NCBI RefSeq assembly: GCF_036971445.1
Contig: NC_091474.1
Location: forward strand, 123,938,001-124,002,000
DNA length: 64,000 nt
Source: Narcine bancroftii
Taxonomy: Eukaryota
Reading direction: 5' to 3'
Positions within the stretch are counted from its first letter, which is position 1. Every line of letters begins with the position of its first letter. The notes beneath the pieces were generated by a model, which was not told where the DNA came from, ran no database searches, and was given only the letters and a program-made list of their open reading frames with translations. A program made the position numbers and the translations under genes. Shown here piece by piece: positions 36,190 to 48,997 of the stretch.

Positions 36190-37000
36190 CACTGGAGTTT
36201 TGCCTGTTTTAATCCTCAACCATAGCTATGCTAAAGCTCAGGGAGTTGTTCTCACTGTCACCGAAATGCTCCCCTACAGAGAGATCTGCTGCCTGATCAG
36301 GGTCATTACCCAGTACAAGATACAGAATGGCCCCTCTCTTGTCGGCTATTTTACATATTGATTCTGCCCCATCTATTACTCCTGCACTTCGGCGGTGCCA
36401 GTCAACATGAGGGAAGTTCGTATCTCCCATTACAACAACTCTGTATTTTCTGCACCATTCCATAATTTGCCTCATTATCTGTTCCTCAGTGACCTAAGCA
36501 CTAACTGGAGCCTATAGATCACTCCCAGTACAGTGATTGCTCCCTACAGTGACTTCCATCCACAACAATTAAATGGACATTCCCCCTGCAGCATCCTCCC
36601 TTTCTTCAGCTGTGATACTATCCCTGACCAGAAATGCTACTCCTCCAATCCTCGTACTGACCTCCTATCCAATTCCTTTTTAAACACCTAAACCCATTAC
36701 CTGGATCAGCCAATCCTGTCCTTCAACCAGCCAAGTCTATGGCTACAAAATCGTTATTCCACGTGCTGATCAATGCATAAGTTTATCTCCTTTATTCTCA
36801 ATTCTCCTTGCATTGAAATTGACACATTTCAAACCCTCCACTGACTCCATTTATTTTGTCTCCCTTGCCTGTCCTTTCTCACAAACCCACAACACATTGA
36901 ACCATCCTTTCCTGCTTCTGCCTTCAGATTCTGGTTCCCATCCCTTTTTAAATATGTTTGAACCCTCCCTAACAACTCTAGCAAAACTGCTTGCCTGGAG
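36190..37000 (-). mobile_element. CR1 LINE endonuclease-region fragment
   Basis: RVVVMGDTNFPHVDW...AILYLVLGN...VGEHFGDSENNSLSF. Confidence 0.75.
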
Positions 37001-37997
37001 CCTGGTCCCTCTCCAATTTTTTGTACACTTCATACCTTCCACAGAAGAGATCCTAATGATTCACAAATCTGATCCATTGCCCTTACACCAACTCTTTTGC
37101 CATTTAAAAACAAATCTTTTCTACTTTTCCTCTCAGAGTGGATAACCTGACACTTCCCAGTTCAGTGACTGTTATAATACTGTGATGTAGAGAAGACATT
37201 AACGGGAGCCCTGGATGCATTAGTCGACCCATTCTGATTCACTAGTGAAAGGCTCTTCATTTGGAAGGACTGTTTAGGGACCCAAATGGTGGTGAGAGAA
37301 GAGGTGTGGGTACACGTGGCGCATCTCCTGTGGTCACAGGGGTAGATCCCAAGGGGATGGTTGATGAGGAGGCAGGAGTGGACAAGAGACCAGTTACTGT
37401 CAATCCAGTAACTGATTTACTCACTGTGCAGTGACAGTTGTTCCCTTACAGGACACAGACTGTCATAAGGGTTTGTGTCCTTCCAGAGACCAGAAGAAAG
37501 ATTTATGCACTCAGAGTGCAGTGACTGTTGAATAGTTCTGCACCCTGACGCCAAACTGAGTGGTGTTTAGATGACAGTGCGATGCTGTGACTGGAGGAAA
37601 GGCCTGTTTCCGAGACTGTGGAAAGGTTTTTTTCGTACAGAGACTGATGAAAAGTCAAGTGTCCTCAAAGTGCAGTGACTGTTGTAAATGAGGGTTTTAC
37701 AAATATTCGTTCGATCAGTGCAGTAACATTTTTTAAACTCTGTGCCTCACTAAACATCGTGTCCATTATAACTGGACACAGTTTCGGTTTGAGTGCTGAT
37801 AAACGGTAGTTAATTGGCGGTTGCGGCCGGGAAACGGGGCGGAGCTGGGAGATGAGAGGCCGCTCTCTGTGCTCCGCCGTCACTCGGACTCGGACTCCTC
37901 CCCTCCTCTTGGCTGCGCGTATCTCGGGCAGGTCGGGGCGCTGCATAGAAAAGCAGACAGTAGCAGCGACTGTGTTATTGAGCAGAGAGCGGAGTGA

Positions 37998-38318
<321 letters not shown>

Positions 38319-38349
38319 ACTGCCTGCATTGTCCCTGCATCAACACAAA

Positions 38350-38365
38350 GGCTCTTCTCAGAGCC
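38350..38365 (+). terminator. Histone 3' stem-loop
   Basis: GGCTCTTCTCAGAGCC + ACCCA, HDE GGAGAGAG. Confidence 0.95.
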
Positions 38366-40540
38366 ACCCACCCCCTCACGGAGAGAGCAGCCCCTCGCCA
38401 CGTTGGCATGAAATTCATTTCCTGTCCTCGTTCTCTGCCCTTGCCCATAGATTTCCCTTCATTGCTGCTTGTCAGGGCTCGTCTATTTTACAAACGTGAC
38501 CTTCGGCCGATAGACTTTCTCTTTGGAAATTACTAAGATGATGCGCGAATCCGTCGACACCGGTTACCCCCCCCCCACACCAAACTCTGGTCCGGGAACA
38601 CTCGCTTGTCTCGTCTCCGGCTGAGCTGAAGCCCCTCAAATCGGCACCGGGTCAGTAAATCGGCTCCGGATATTCACACACAAGGCTGGGGATATAATTA
38701 ATCGACATTTCAAATGCTATTTATAACAACTCAAATGATTTTCAGTGAAGTGATTAGAGTTTCACTGAAATTGGCGGGCGGTTTGAAAATAAAGAGCAGC
38801 CCATCAGACTGCAGCCTCTGGGCCGCGTGATGGCGGAAGTCTGACAATGCATTAAAAAAAATGTCCATATTTGGTCAGAGATAACATTTCCCGCCCGCCT
38901 CAGATCTTCATTCTCCTCACCATCCATTGATTCAGCCAATCACTGCCTTAAATTGTATGATTGTCATCTGCTGAAGCCAATCAGAAACCTTGGGGCGTAT
39001 TGAACTTAGAATCCTACAGTACAGGCTCTTCGGCCCTTGATGTTGTGTCCACATATGGTAGCTTAACAAAAAGGACTAAAAGCCTTTCGACCTCGTCACC
39101 ATCTTTCATCCATGTTGTTGAGAAACTGTCTTGTTAAATAACACAAATGTTTCACCCTCCACTACCATCAATTGTATTAACAGATAGGAGGAATGTTCTC
39201 TAAAATTCTCAGGGCCACAATTCCTCGACATTCAGTGCATTTTAATCAGGGAGAGTTAAAATTGTTAATTAAATGAAGTGACATTTTGGAAGAACTAACA
39301 CCATCTAATGATGAGGGCAGTGCAAATGAGGTCCACATGGACTTGAGTGAGGGCTCTGTAAAGTCTAACATAGAACACTGTAGATAAGGTGGGAGCCCAT
39401 GGATCCACGGCAAGAAAGCAAATAGGATTCAAGGTTGTAATGAATGAATGAATGGTGATCTTGTCCGTGATTCCCACCAGCTGTGTAGGTATAAAATATT
39501 CCCCAGAATGTGTGCCACAGCGTGAGGCAGTCTGAAAACATCCTCTGTCCTCAAGGAGCCCCACCACCCAGGGTAGCCATCTTCACTCTGCTATGATCAG
39601 GAAAAGAGCCTGAAGACGAGTCCTCAGCAGCTCAAGGACAGCTTCTTCCTGCTGCCATCAGATTCCATGCCTTCTGTTGACTTTTCGTGCACTATTTTTA
39701 TTTACACTGTGATCCTGCTGCAAAACAATGAAGGTAATAGCTTGTTTATGATAATAAATTCAGATTCAGCCCAGAACGACCAACAGCCAGTGTTCAGACT
39801 CATCCCTTCAATCAGTCTTGTAGGTTTTGAACCTTGTCATTCCCCTTCCAGATGTGAATACTTGGATTAGATTCCCCCCTCCCTTCTCAGTTCCAATGAG
39901 AGAAACATAATTCTCCCAAGTGGAGGTAGTCAGGGAACCCAGTTAAAATTACCTCGGAGGCTTGAAAACAAAACTTGCCCACCCGGCTGGAATGCCTGCC
40001 ATTATCGGGGTAGAGAAGGGGTCACTGCCATGGGGGGTGGGGGAAAACAATTGGGGTGAGTGAGGTTGGGGATGTGGGGAAATTACCGATGGTCCCCTTA
40101 GGGCGTCGCGTCACTTATAGCTTCAACACAGGGGTGGGAGCCCCTTGATTCTCCGAGATCACTATTTAATTGTTCCAACCCTCGCCCTCACCCATGCCCT
40201 CGCCCACCCACTTTATCCCCACTAATCTCACCTGGGTCCCCAGAGGGTGACCAAGGTGCTGCAGCTTAAAAGAACCTTGTGTTACCTTCAATGAGGCAGG
40301 AGCTGCCTTTTGTTCATGACTGCGGTTGGTGTGACATTTTCTGGTGGAACCTCTCCATCAACTTTGGTGACATATCCAATGAAATGTTTAAAGGAAACTC
40401 TAATTTTGATTATTTCAAATCGACCAATGATACCAGTTGCCGTGCCCATACCCACATTAGCGTAGCATGATAGAACTGCCTATTTAAACCGCACTCATTC
40501 GTGCTGCAACTTATTTTTGGGTGTGAAATCGAGAAAAGAA

Positions 40541-40912
40541 ATGCCTGGATCGAAAGCAGCGCCCAAGAAGGGCGCCAAGAAAGCGGTGTCCAAGCCAACT
40601 GGCAAAGGCGGCAAGAGGCGCAGAAAGTCGAGGAAGGAGAGTTTTGCCATCTACATCTACAAAGTGTTGAAGCAGGTTTACCCTGACACTGGGGTCTCCT
40701 CCAAGGCCATGAGCATCATGAACTCGTTCGTCAGCGATATTTTCGAACGCATGGCGGGCGAAGCTTCCCGCCTGGCCCATTACAACAAGAGATCGACCAT
40801 CATCTCCTGGGAGATCCAGACTGCCATGCGTCTGGTGCTGCCTGGCGAGTTGGCCAAACACGCCGTGTCAGAGGGGACAAAGGCGGTGACCAAGTACACC
40901 AGCTCCAAGTAA
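40541..40912 (+). CDS. H2B: Histone H2B, open frame but with several core substitutions (possible incipient pseudogene)
   Basis: Full 123-aa ORF with changes at normally conserved sites (human numbering Y37F, H49Y, I73M, T/S90I, R92W, V98M, L101V). The promoter octamer is mutated to ATTAGCGT. Confidence 0.85.
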   Translation: MPGSKAAPKKGAKKAVSKPTGKGGKRRRKSRKESFAIYIYKVLKQVYPDTGVSSKAMSIMNSFVSDIFERMAGEASRLAHYNKRSTIISWEIQTAMRLVLPGELAKHAVSEGTKAVTKYTSSK

Positions 40913-40950
40913 AACTCCACCAAGTGCTGACGACTCGAACCGAAAACAAC

Positions 40951-40966
40951 GGCTCTTTTAAGAGCC
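40951..40966 (+). terminator. Histone 3' stem-loop
   Basis: GGCTCTTTTAAGAGCC. Confidence 0.95.
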
Positions 40967-41812
40967 ACTTCCAGTCTCACTGAAAGAGTTCTCCGAATCC
41001 ATTGGCATGGAATTGGAGAAGAATTGGCTCTGGTTCTTTTTGTTTTCGGGTTTATAATTGTAGACGTATTTGAGAGGCTGGTTTTACCAGCGATCTCATT
41101 CTCGTATCGCTCCTGTATTCCTGCCTGCTCCACTGATGGTAAATTAACCCTCTACAGCAGTTGGTCTGATTTTGAAATAGTTTACCCACGTTTTTACAAC
41201 CAGAGCCGATTAATGAGACCATGTTGTTGAAGTGATTAATTGCTGTGTTGACATTTTAACTGGATTTCCCCATATTATAACAGCTGATCAGATTTCTACT
41301 CAGGAACATTATTGGATTGAACCTGAGAGTCTGTAGGTGCTGTTATTGTATTAAAAACATGAACCTGTTGGAGTAAATCAGCAGGTCTCGCAGTGTTCAT
41401 AGCAGGTAAAGATATAACCAACATTTCGGGTTTGATCTCTTCTTCAAGATGCAAATAAAAAGCAGACAACGACTTTTGGCGCTGCCGTCTCGGATCCGCC
41501 TGCTTTGTTCATTAACAGTATGGGGGAGGGGAGGTGGTGCGGGCGGATGTGCTCATTTTCAGGAGAAATTGTAAAATTGTGCGAAAGGGGAAAAGGAGTG
41601 GAATGGGCTGTGGGTATCGAAGTCTGAAGCAGGCCGCAAGGACAAATGTTAATTCAATTAAGGGAGGGTGTGGGGGACGGTGGTGAAGGAGAAACATGAG
41701 AAGGGCAGGTAAAAGTTATTCTGCGCTACAAAGAGAATGGGGTGTGACAAATGCACGGAATACAAATACCTCACACACCCACAGCTGGTGTTCGTCCTTC
41801 CACACACTGAGT

Positions 41813-41975
41813 GGCTCTGAAAAGAGTCTTTCGGTCTTCGATCGATGATTGTCTGATTTACTGCTCTTGGGGCTGGCGGCTCTGCTGCCTTTTTGGACAA
41901 CAGCACGGCCTGGAACTTCGGCAGCACCGCGCCCTGAGCGATGGTCACCACTGTTGTAGACCAGCAGCTCATTCA
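41813..41975 (-). pseudogene. H2A: H2A C-terminal remnant with a mutated stem-loop (41813-41828)
   Basis: VVTIAQGAVLPKFQAVLLSKK; stem-loop GACTCTTTTCAGAGCC. Flanks are paralogous to 19560-20170. Confidence 0.85.
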
Positions 41976-44675
41976 CCAGTGAAAAGCGAACACACAAAAA
42001 AAAGTAACCGCAGAAAATAAGTGTCAATGCCCAAAGGACCTGAAATTTGAAAAGGTCGCCAAGGTAAAATTGAAAAATAGGGCCGCAAAAAAACAAATTC
42101 CTGACAGATATGTTTGAACACAAATTCCCTACTTTGCCAGGCGCTCTCTCCGGACCCACTCACAAAACCCACCGAGGGAAAGAGATAAATTGTGGGAGCC
42201 ACAAGTCTCCCCCCACCATGTTTAGGAACAGCTGCTACCCCTCAACAACATACTCAATCAGGGACTTATTTTAAGACACTTCATTTTGCACATTAGTGAT
42301 TTTTTTTCTCTGCATTGCAGTCAGTTTGTTTATATTTCTTTTTGCACAGCCAATAAGTGGTAATCCTGCCTCGCCTGCAGCAAAAAGGATCTCAGGGTTA
42401 TGTGTGATGTCACATATGTCATCTGACAATAAATCTGAATCTGAGCTTCTGTTCATTCCATGGTGAGAAATGCTGCAGATATAATTTTCCCATGTGGCAC
42501 TCTGCGCAGCTGGAGATAGCACAGTCCCCACACCAAAGGTCATTAACGACTGTTTATTCGAATTCAACCCGCGACCCTTTAAGGGCAGCGCGGGCTCAGC
42601 CACCGCATGCGTGGTGATGTCATATTCGCTGACCAGGCCGCGTGCTGGAAGGGAGGCTGGAGTCAGAGAGAACCCCTGACGACACCATCTTCCCATGGCT
42701 GCCCGCCACGTGGTGATTCATGTGGGGCTGGTTCGCCATGAGAATGTGCACTGCCACACAACCCCCACCCCCAGAACCGGCTACGCATCCCGCTGCTTTG
42801 CTGCCCAGCCCTGGCGCTTGGGCACGGCCATCTGCACCGGCTGGGAGAAGTCCAAATGAGCAGCTTTTAATCAGTCCACAGTAAAATGTTCCTCCTTCTT
42901 TGAGCGTCGCATCGGCCTCGGGCCGATAAATTTGCCTGGTAGGGAGAGTGGCGCACCGTATACCATCTCTGCCAATGAGGCTTGCAGGTCTTCCTTGGGC
43001 ACCGTTCTGATCTTGAGGAAGACCCAGGGTAACTCGTCTGCTCAGTCCAGGCCAGAAAGTCTTGCCATCAGAGCGGACTTTAAGTGTCTGTGGAACCTCT
43101 CCTCCAACCTTTTGAACTGTGGGTGGTAGGCCGTGGTGTGGTGGAGTGTTACCCCCAAAGGTTTTGCCAGCTGAGTCTATAGCGCGGAGGTAAACTGGCC
43201 ACCTCTGACATTCATGATGTGCGCCGATACGCCAAACAAGTGATCCACTGGCTGAACAAGGCTCTGGCACACGTCTCCGCCGATGTCTCATGGCTTCTGG
43301 GCATCTCGTTGCTCTGTCCACTATTGTAAAAAGGTAGCGCGACTCCTTGGACACCGGGAAGGGCCCCACGACATCCACATGGATGTGCTGGAACCTCCGC
43401 GTAGCCGAGTCAAAATGTTGGATAGGGGTCTGCGTGTGCCTGTGAATTCTAGAAGCCTGGCACCTGGTTCAGTTCTGGGCCAATTCTGCCACCTCTTTTT
43501 TGAGCCCATGCCAGACGAATCGTTGCACCACTATCCTCACTCATTTGCCTTTATTGAGGGATGAGCGAGATCGTGGATCGAGCCGACGACCCTCGCCCTC
43601 CACTTCTGTTGAACTACCGGGCGCCATGTGCCAGTGCAGGTGTTGCAGAGCAGCACCTGAGAGGAGTTGGGTAGATGAATATTCTCGAGGTGCAGACCCA
43701 AGATGGCGGTCCGGAGGGCTTTTGTTCCAGTGTCATGCTGTTGGGCAGGAGAGTGCGTCCGCGTTCACATTGTCTTTGCCAACCTTGTGCCGGATGTCAG
43801 TGGTGTATTCAGACACATAGGAAAGGTGGCGTTGTTGCCTGGTGGACCACGGGTCCTTGGCCATAGTCAGTGCTTGGGTGAGGGGATTATGATAAGTAAA
43901 GATTGTGAAAGTTCTGCCCTCCAAGAAATAATGAAAGCAGATGGCCAGGTACAGTACGATGAGCTCTTGGTCTAATGCGCTGTATTTAAGCTCCAGCAAC
44001 CGCAACTGGTTACTAAAAAAGGGCAGCAGGCGCCATTGCCCATCCAGCCACTGTTCCAATACTCTCCCGTCTTCTGTAATCAAAGCATCAACCGAAAGTG
44101 GCGTGTGTGCTTCCGGGTGCAGGTGTACCAATAAGGTCGCACCAGCAAGGGTCTGTTTTGTTGCTGTGAAGGCCTCGTCTGCCTCCTCCGACCAGGCTAA
44201 GGTCTTCTCCTTTGTTGCGATCAGCGCAAACAGAGGGCACGTGGTGCGGGTGGCGCTGGGGATGAATCTATGGTAGAAATTTACCATCCCCACAAATTCT
44301 TGTAGGCCTTTAAGGGTGGAGGATTTGGGGAAATGCTGGACAGCTGCCACTTTCTCCGGTGCTGGAAGCTGCCCCAGACGGTGAGATGGTGTGCCCCAGG
44401 AAATGCAATGTTTGTTTCCCAAACTGGCATTTGGCCTTGTTGACTGTGAGGCCAAACTCTGCCAGCCGGACGAACAGGGTATGGAGATGGGCTTTGTGCT
44501 CTTTGCGGCTGTGGCTGGTGACCAGAATGTTATCCAGCGTCCTTTAATCCCAGCGGCATCCGGAGGAACTCGAATATGCCGAATGGGGTGATAATAGCGG
44601 TCTTTCCAATGTCATCAGGGTGAACTTGGATCTGGTCGTATCCCCGAACTAAGTTGACCGTAGAAAAGAACTGTG

Positions 44676-44881
44676 TCACTCTTTATCTTGGGGGGGGGGG
44701 GGATTTAGACTAACTTTAAGCTAGGTCATTAATGTTGTGTACTAATTATTGGGGGGGGGGTTTAGTTTATTTAGTCTGCCGATGTAGTACTGTAATTTTT
44801 TATTATCTTATGTTTAATCTTTTTACTGTAACTTTCTATTTAATTCATGTTATAAAATCTTAAATAAAGTTTTAAAAAAAA
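44676..44881 (+). mobile_element. Short poly(A)-tailed retroposed fragment (L1 3' UTR-like) inside the Gypsy RT
   Basis: AATAAA plus A tail, with 14-bp TSD AGAAAAGAACTGTG (44662-44675 / 44882-44895). Confidence 0.82.
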
Positions 44882-45636
44882 AGAAAAGAACTGTGCACCA
44901 TGAAGGTTGGCCACGAAGTCCTGGACATGGGGGACTGGGTACCTGTCTAGAGTCGTGGCATCGGTTAACTCCCTATAGTCTCCACAGGGCCTCCATCCAT
45001 CAGATGATTTTGGGACCATGTGTAGAGGTACCACCCAGGCACTGTCTGACCGCTGAATGATGCCCAACTCTTGGAGCCTGGAGAATTTCTCCTTCGCCTG
45101 TTTCAATTTTTTTGGTGGCAGCCATCTAGCTCTGGCATGCAACAGGGTCCTTGTGTGGTGATGTGGTGGAAAACTCCATGTCGGGGGAAAGCGACGTCGA
45201 AGTGTGGCTCCAGGATGGCGGGAAACTCACTGAGAATTTCAGCGTACTCATCCCTCACGGCGGCTACTGTGGCAATTCTGAGTCTGTTGTCGTCCGCCAT
45301 GCCCAGTCGCACTGAGTGAAAAGTGCAGGTGTTGAGTAGCCTCCTGCCCCTCACATCCACGACCATGATCCCTCAGGAAGTTGGCCACTGAGGCCAGCAC
45401 AAACCTCCAGGTGAATTTTTCTTCACCGATATGTATCTGCGCTCCACGGTTGCCATTGGTCTTGATTATGGAGCCATTGGCCACCCGGAGGGTTGGACCG
45501 GGAGATCAGGTATGAATCTCCAGGGCTGTAGGGAGCAGGGCACTCAGCTCGGCCCCTGTGTCCACCAGGAACCAGCGGCCTGTGGATCTGTCTGTGACAT
45601 GAAGGGCGCTGTTTACGTGGCCAACCATTGCAGCCA

Positions 45637-46314
45637 TCAACGGTAGCTGGCCTGGTCATTTCCCTGAAAATTGCAGGGTTGGCAGGACTTACGAGCTTGC
45701 ACTCCCCAGCGCTGGTGGTAAAGGCACCATGTTGACTGGGTGTCCTCTGGCTTGTGCTTGGGGGCAGCCTGCGGTCGATGGGGTCCCGGTTTGGAAACCT
45801 GGCTGAGACCCGCCACATTTTCCTGCTTTGTGCACCAGAGGGCATCTACCTGGGCTGTGGCCTTATGGGGGTCAGTGAACTCCTCTTCAGACAAATGTAG
45901 CTGGATATCGTCTGGCATTTGTTCCAGGAAAATCTGGCAGAAGAGGAAACACGACGCGTGATCCTCCGCCAGAGCCAGCATCTCGTCCATCAGGGCTGAA
46001 GGGCTGCGGTCACCTAACCTGTCCAGGTGTAAGAGCCTGGAAGCACGTTGATGGAGGGTAAGGCCAAACTTCCCCAGGAGCAGGTTTTTGAGGGCGGTAT
46101 ACTTGCCCACTGGTGGTGATTGATGTATGAGATTGTCCACCCTTGGCGCCGTCTCCTGATCCAGCGCACCCATGATGTGGTAGAACTTTGTGTCGTTGGC
46201 TGAGCTGTTGTGCCGGTGGAATTGTGCCTCCAACTGCCTGAACCATGTTTGTGGGTGATGGGACCAGAAAGGGGGATGCTTGAGGGCTACGGTGTTTACC
46301 TCAGCTTTGTCCAT
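45637..46314 (-). CDS. gag: Gypsy Gag-like ORF (225 aa)
   Basis: ATG 33 bp after the PBS; LKHPPFW...WFRQLEAQF...LGDRSPSALMDEM...CLYHQRWG...CQPC (degenerate CHCC). Confidence 0.72.
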   Translation of the reverse strand: MDKAEVNTVALKHPPFWSHHPQTWFRQLEAQFHRHNSSANDTKFYHIMGALDQETAPRVDNLIHQSPPVGKYTALKNLLLGKFGLTLHQRASRLLHLDRLGDRSPSALMDEMLALAEDHASCFLFCQIFLEQMPDDIQLHLSEEEFTDPHKATAQVDALWCTKQENVAGLSQVSKPGPHRPQAAPKHKPEDTQSTWCLYHQRWGVQARKSCQPCNFQGNDQASYR

Positions 46315-47095
46315 CGTTAATTGGGTCCAGAAAGATGTCTGGGCCTGTCGGGGTCACCACTGTAGCACTCTGCACAACTGGAGAAAGCACAGTCCCCACA
46401 CCAAAGGTGTTTAATGACTGTTTATTCAAATTCAGCCACCAAGTGTGTGGTGATGCCATAATCACTGCCCAGGGCGCGCGGTGGAAGGGAGGCTGGAGTC
46501 AAGAAGAACCCATAATGATGCCATCTTCCCATGGCTTCCCTGCCACGTGGCGATATATGCGGGGCCAATTCGCCATGAGAATGTGTGCCACCACACCCAT
46601 TTCTTTGAACCTCTAACTGATCTGAACAAATGCCTACTCACAGAATATGGTTGTGGTTGAACTTTGTGGTAATGGAATTAGATTATGGACAGAATGCTTT
46701 CCACAGTACTCCTGTAGAAATTTAAAAAAACCTTTGGTGTCATACGAAATCTCCTCAAACTATTCACAAAGTATAGCCATTAGCATCATGATGCCATCAA
46801 CATAGAGGCACCAGGACTGATCCTTAGAGATGATGACCCCTCGATGAGGACTGGATCGTGTTCTGGTTTTCTCCAGGAGGAAAGCCTCTAGAGCACACAT
46901 GTCAAACTCTGGCCCGCGATATAATTATATTATATTACATATATATTAGAGTTGGCCCGCTGGCCGCCGCGCAAGTATAGCACATGCACAGCAGCAAGCA
47001 CTACCGTAGTAGTTTATAGCACTTCCACAGCAGGCACAGCAGTCACCGATATAGTTAACGGGAAAGTTAATTAGATATTCACAGCGGCGCCGATA

Positions 47096-47249
47096 CAACG
47101 TACCCGCCGCCTAGCTCCAACGGACCCGCCGCCTAGCTACAACGGACCCGCCGCCTAGCTACAACGGTCCCGCCGCCTAGCTACAACGGACCCGCCACCT
47201 AGCTACAACGGACCCGCCGCCTAGCTCCAACGGACCCGCCGCCTAGCTC
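47096..47249. repeat. 22-bp tandem repeat x7 (CAACGGACCCGCCGCCTAGCT[A/C])
   Basis: Seven contiguous near-identical units with no spacers. Confidence 0.95.
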
Positions 47250-47250
47250 C

Positions 47251-47565
47251 ATGTGCCTGGACGTGGTGGGTCACCTCCGCGTCTCCTTGAGCTTCATCTG
47301 TGGGCGGGTGCTGCTGGGCATCGGACTTTCCGCTGGGGTGGAGGTCGCGGACGAGTTCCACCGCTCTCACGGTATTCCCGGTGAGATGGCGAGACCAGCG
47401 GGGACTCCTTGGGTTGTTGGCGGCGGTTACAGCAGGCGGAGGCGGGGGCGGAGGAGGGAGAGGGGGCGGGGGGGATGCCGCTCGGGTTTGCTGGCTGGGC
47501 TGGGGAGGGCTCCCTGCAGACCTCCGCTCCCTGGCATGCTTCTCGGCAACGTGCGATCCTTGGCT
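47251..47565 (+). mobile_element. Captured 5' fragment of a Rex1/L2-like LINE ORF, strongly A-depleted
   Basis: Translates ...RRRRGRRRERGRGGCRSGLLAGLGRAPCRPPLPGMLLGNVRSLA, matching the basic N-terminus and LPSILLANVRSL motif that precede the APE domain of Rex1-like LINEs. Confidence 0.72.
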
Positions 47566-47809
47566 TAAAGGCTAGAGAGAAATATTATTTTATTTCTTAT
47601 TTGTTAATGCTTCTTATGGAAAGAGTTTAACCAAAACTATTATTAAACATTTATTTTAATAAGAAAAAGTTTAACATTACATATGTTGAGAGAAAACATG
47701 CAGATGTTGTTGAAAATTTTCAATAAATATTTAGTTCGGCCCTCGACTTAGTCCAAGTTTTTAATTTTGGCCCTCCGTGAATTTGAGTTTGACACCCCTG
47801 CTCTAGAGG

Positions 47810-48790
47810 GTGTGCAGGCGGGGGTTTACTGAAATGACTCCATGATTGAGGGGTATCTGCTCTTTGCTGAATTCCACCTACTGGGACATTCTCTTTGGAG
47901 CAGAGGAGGTTGTGAGGAGATCTGATCTTGGGACAAAACCAAGAAGGGGAATGAGAATTGATAGAAAGTCTCTGTCCCCACACGTGTAAGGACCAGGAAG
48001 TAGGGGTGATAAAAACTGGCCATGTGGTTGATAGTGAGGAGGGAAGCTGGGTATTGATGGGCCGGGCAGTTGAATCCTGGGAAGAGATGTGATGGAGGCT
48101 AAGGCCAAACATTGTCAGGAGACAACTGTCCCTCTGCACACAGTGTCACAGAGTGCAGAGGGACAGTTGGGCTCTGGAAACCACATCCAGAAATCCCTGA
48201 GGGTGGGGGATATGGGTCAGGTGAACACACTACACCTGCTTTCCCTGGACAGAACCCTAATGATGATCACCCTACTGGAACTGGATAAACAAGTGACAGG
48301 ACGGTGTACATTTCTGGTGAACACTTCACAGTAAGTTGGGAATGGTGTTGGAGGTACACACATACAGGATTTCTGAGGTTGGTGCCAAAATAGTCATTTC
48401 ACTATTGGGGTAAAAGGAGGTATAGTTGGATGTTGGTTTTACAAATGGGAGGAGAAGGAGGGTGGAGGCAGTTTAACTTTGGTTTGGAAACCACAAGAGG
48501 CCTTGACAGAGTCAAGGGGAAGGAACTACCTTCCTCAGCAGAGGTCAATAAATGTAAGGGCTGGGGTTGTGTAGGGAGATCAGGCAGGGTGGGTGGAAAG
48601 AGAGTAGAAGCTGAAGAAGATTTTCTTCTCCCAGAGTGAGCTGTAACTCTGAAACTCACTGCTTGAGAGGCTAATGGAGGGAGAAAGCCCAACATCAGGA
48701 AATCAAAGCAAGAGGAGCATCTGATGTCCCTGAGCGCTGTAGGCCAGGGATGTGGGGGTGAATGTTTGACCTGCAGGACACAGTAGAATG
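47810..48790 (-). mobile_element. Degenerate Penelope-like element fragment
   Basis: Minus-strand HKDSIPFS.F...ICSQ-like RT C-terminal motif near 47920-47960 and SRPLVVSKPKLN upstream. Heavily decayed. Confidence 0.5.
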
Positions 48791-48997
48791 AATGTTCTTA
48801 CTCTTTGCTGGACATTACCAGTCTATAATTCCCTGGATTCTCTCTCTTAACTTTTTAAAAATCAGGGTACCACATTTTCCAATCGTCAAGCATGTGCTCT
48901 GTGATGAAGGAGGATTCAAAGATCAAAACCAATGCCCCAACTCTCTCTTCCCTCAGCCACCTGAGTATATCACATCTAGCCTCAGGGAGTATCAACC

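Larger units (their letters stand above)
42493..46595 (-). mobile_element. Complete-structure but degenerate Gypsy LTR retrotransposon (LTRs 46361-46595 and 42493-42758)
   Basis: 4-bp TSD CCCA, tRNA-Trp PBS TGGTGACCCCGAC (46347-46359), open gag-like ORF 45637-46314, broken pro/RT/RNaseH/integrase, and a G-rich PPT. Confidence 0.93.
46894..47800. mobile_element. Non-autonomous hAT (Charlie-like) DNA transposon
   Basis: TIRs CACACATGTCAAACTC / GAGTTTGACACCCCTG with perfect 8-bp TSD CTCTAGAG (46886-46893 / 47801-47808). Confidence 0.9.

Noticed and set aside
39920-40280. GC-rich insert upstream of the third H2B (similar patch near 54470-54660)
   Set aside because: Probably decayed MITE fragments, but TIRs and TSD could not be established, so they were not called.
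47096-47249. Regular short repeats resembling a CRISPR array
   Set aside because: Units are contiguous with no unique spacers, there are no cas genes, and the context is eukaryotic; it is a minisatellite.
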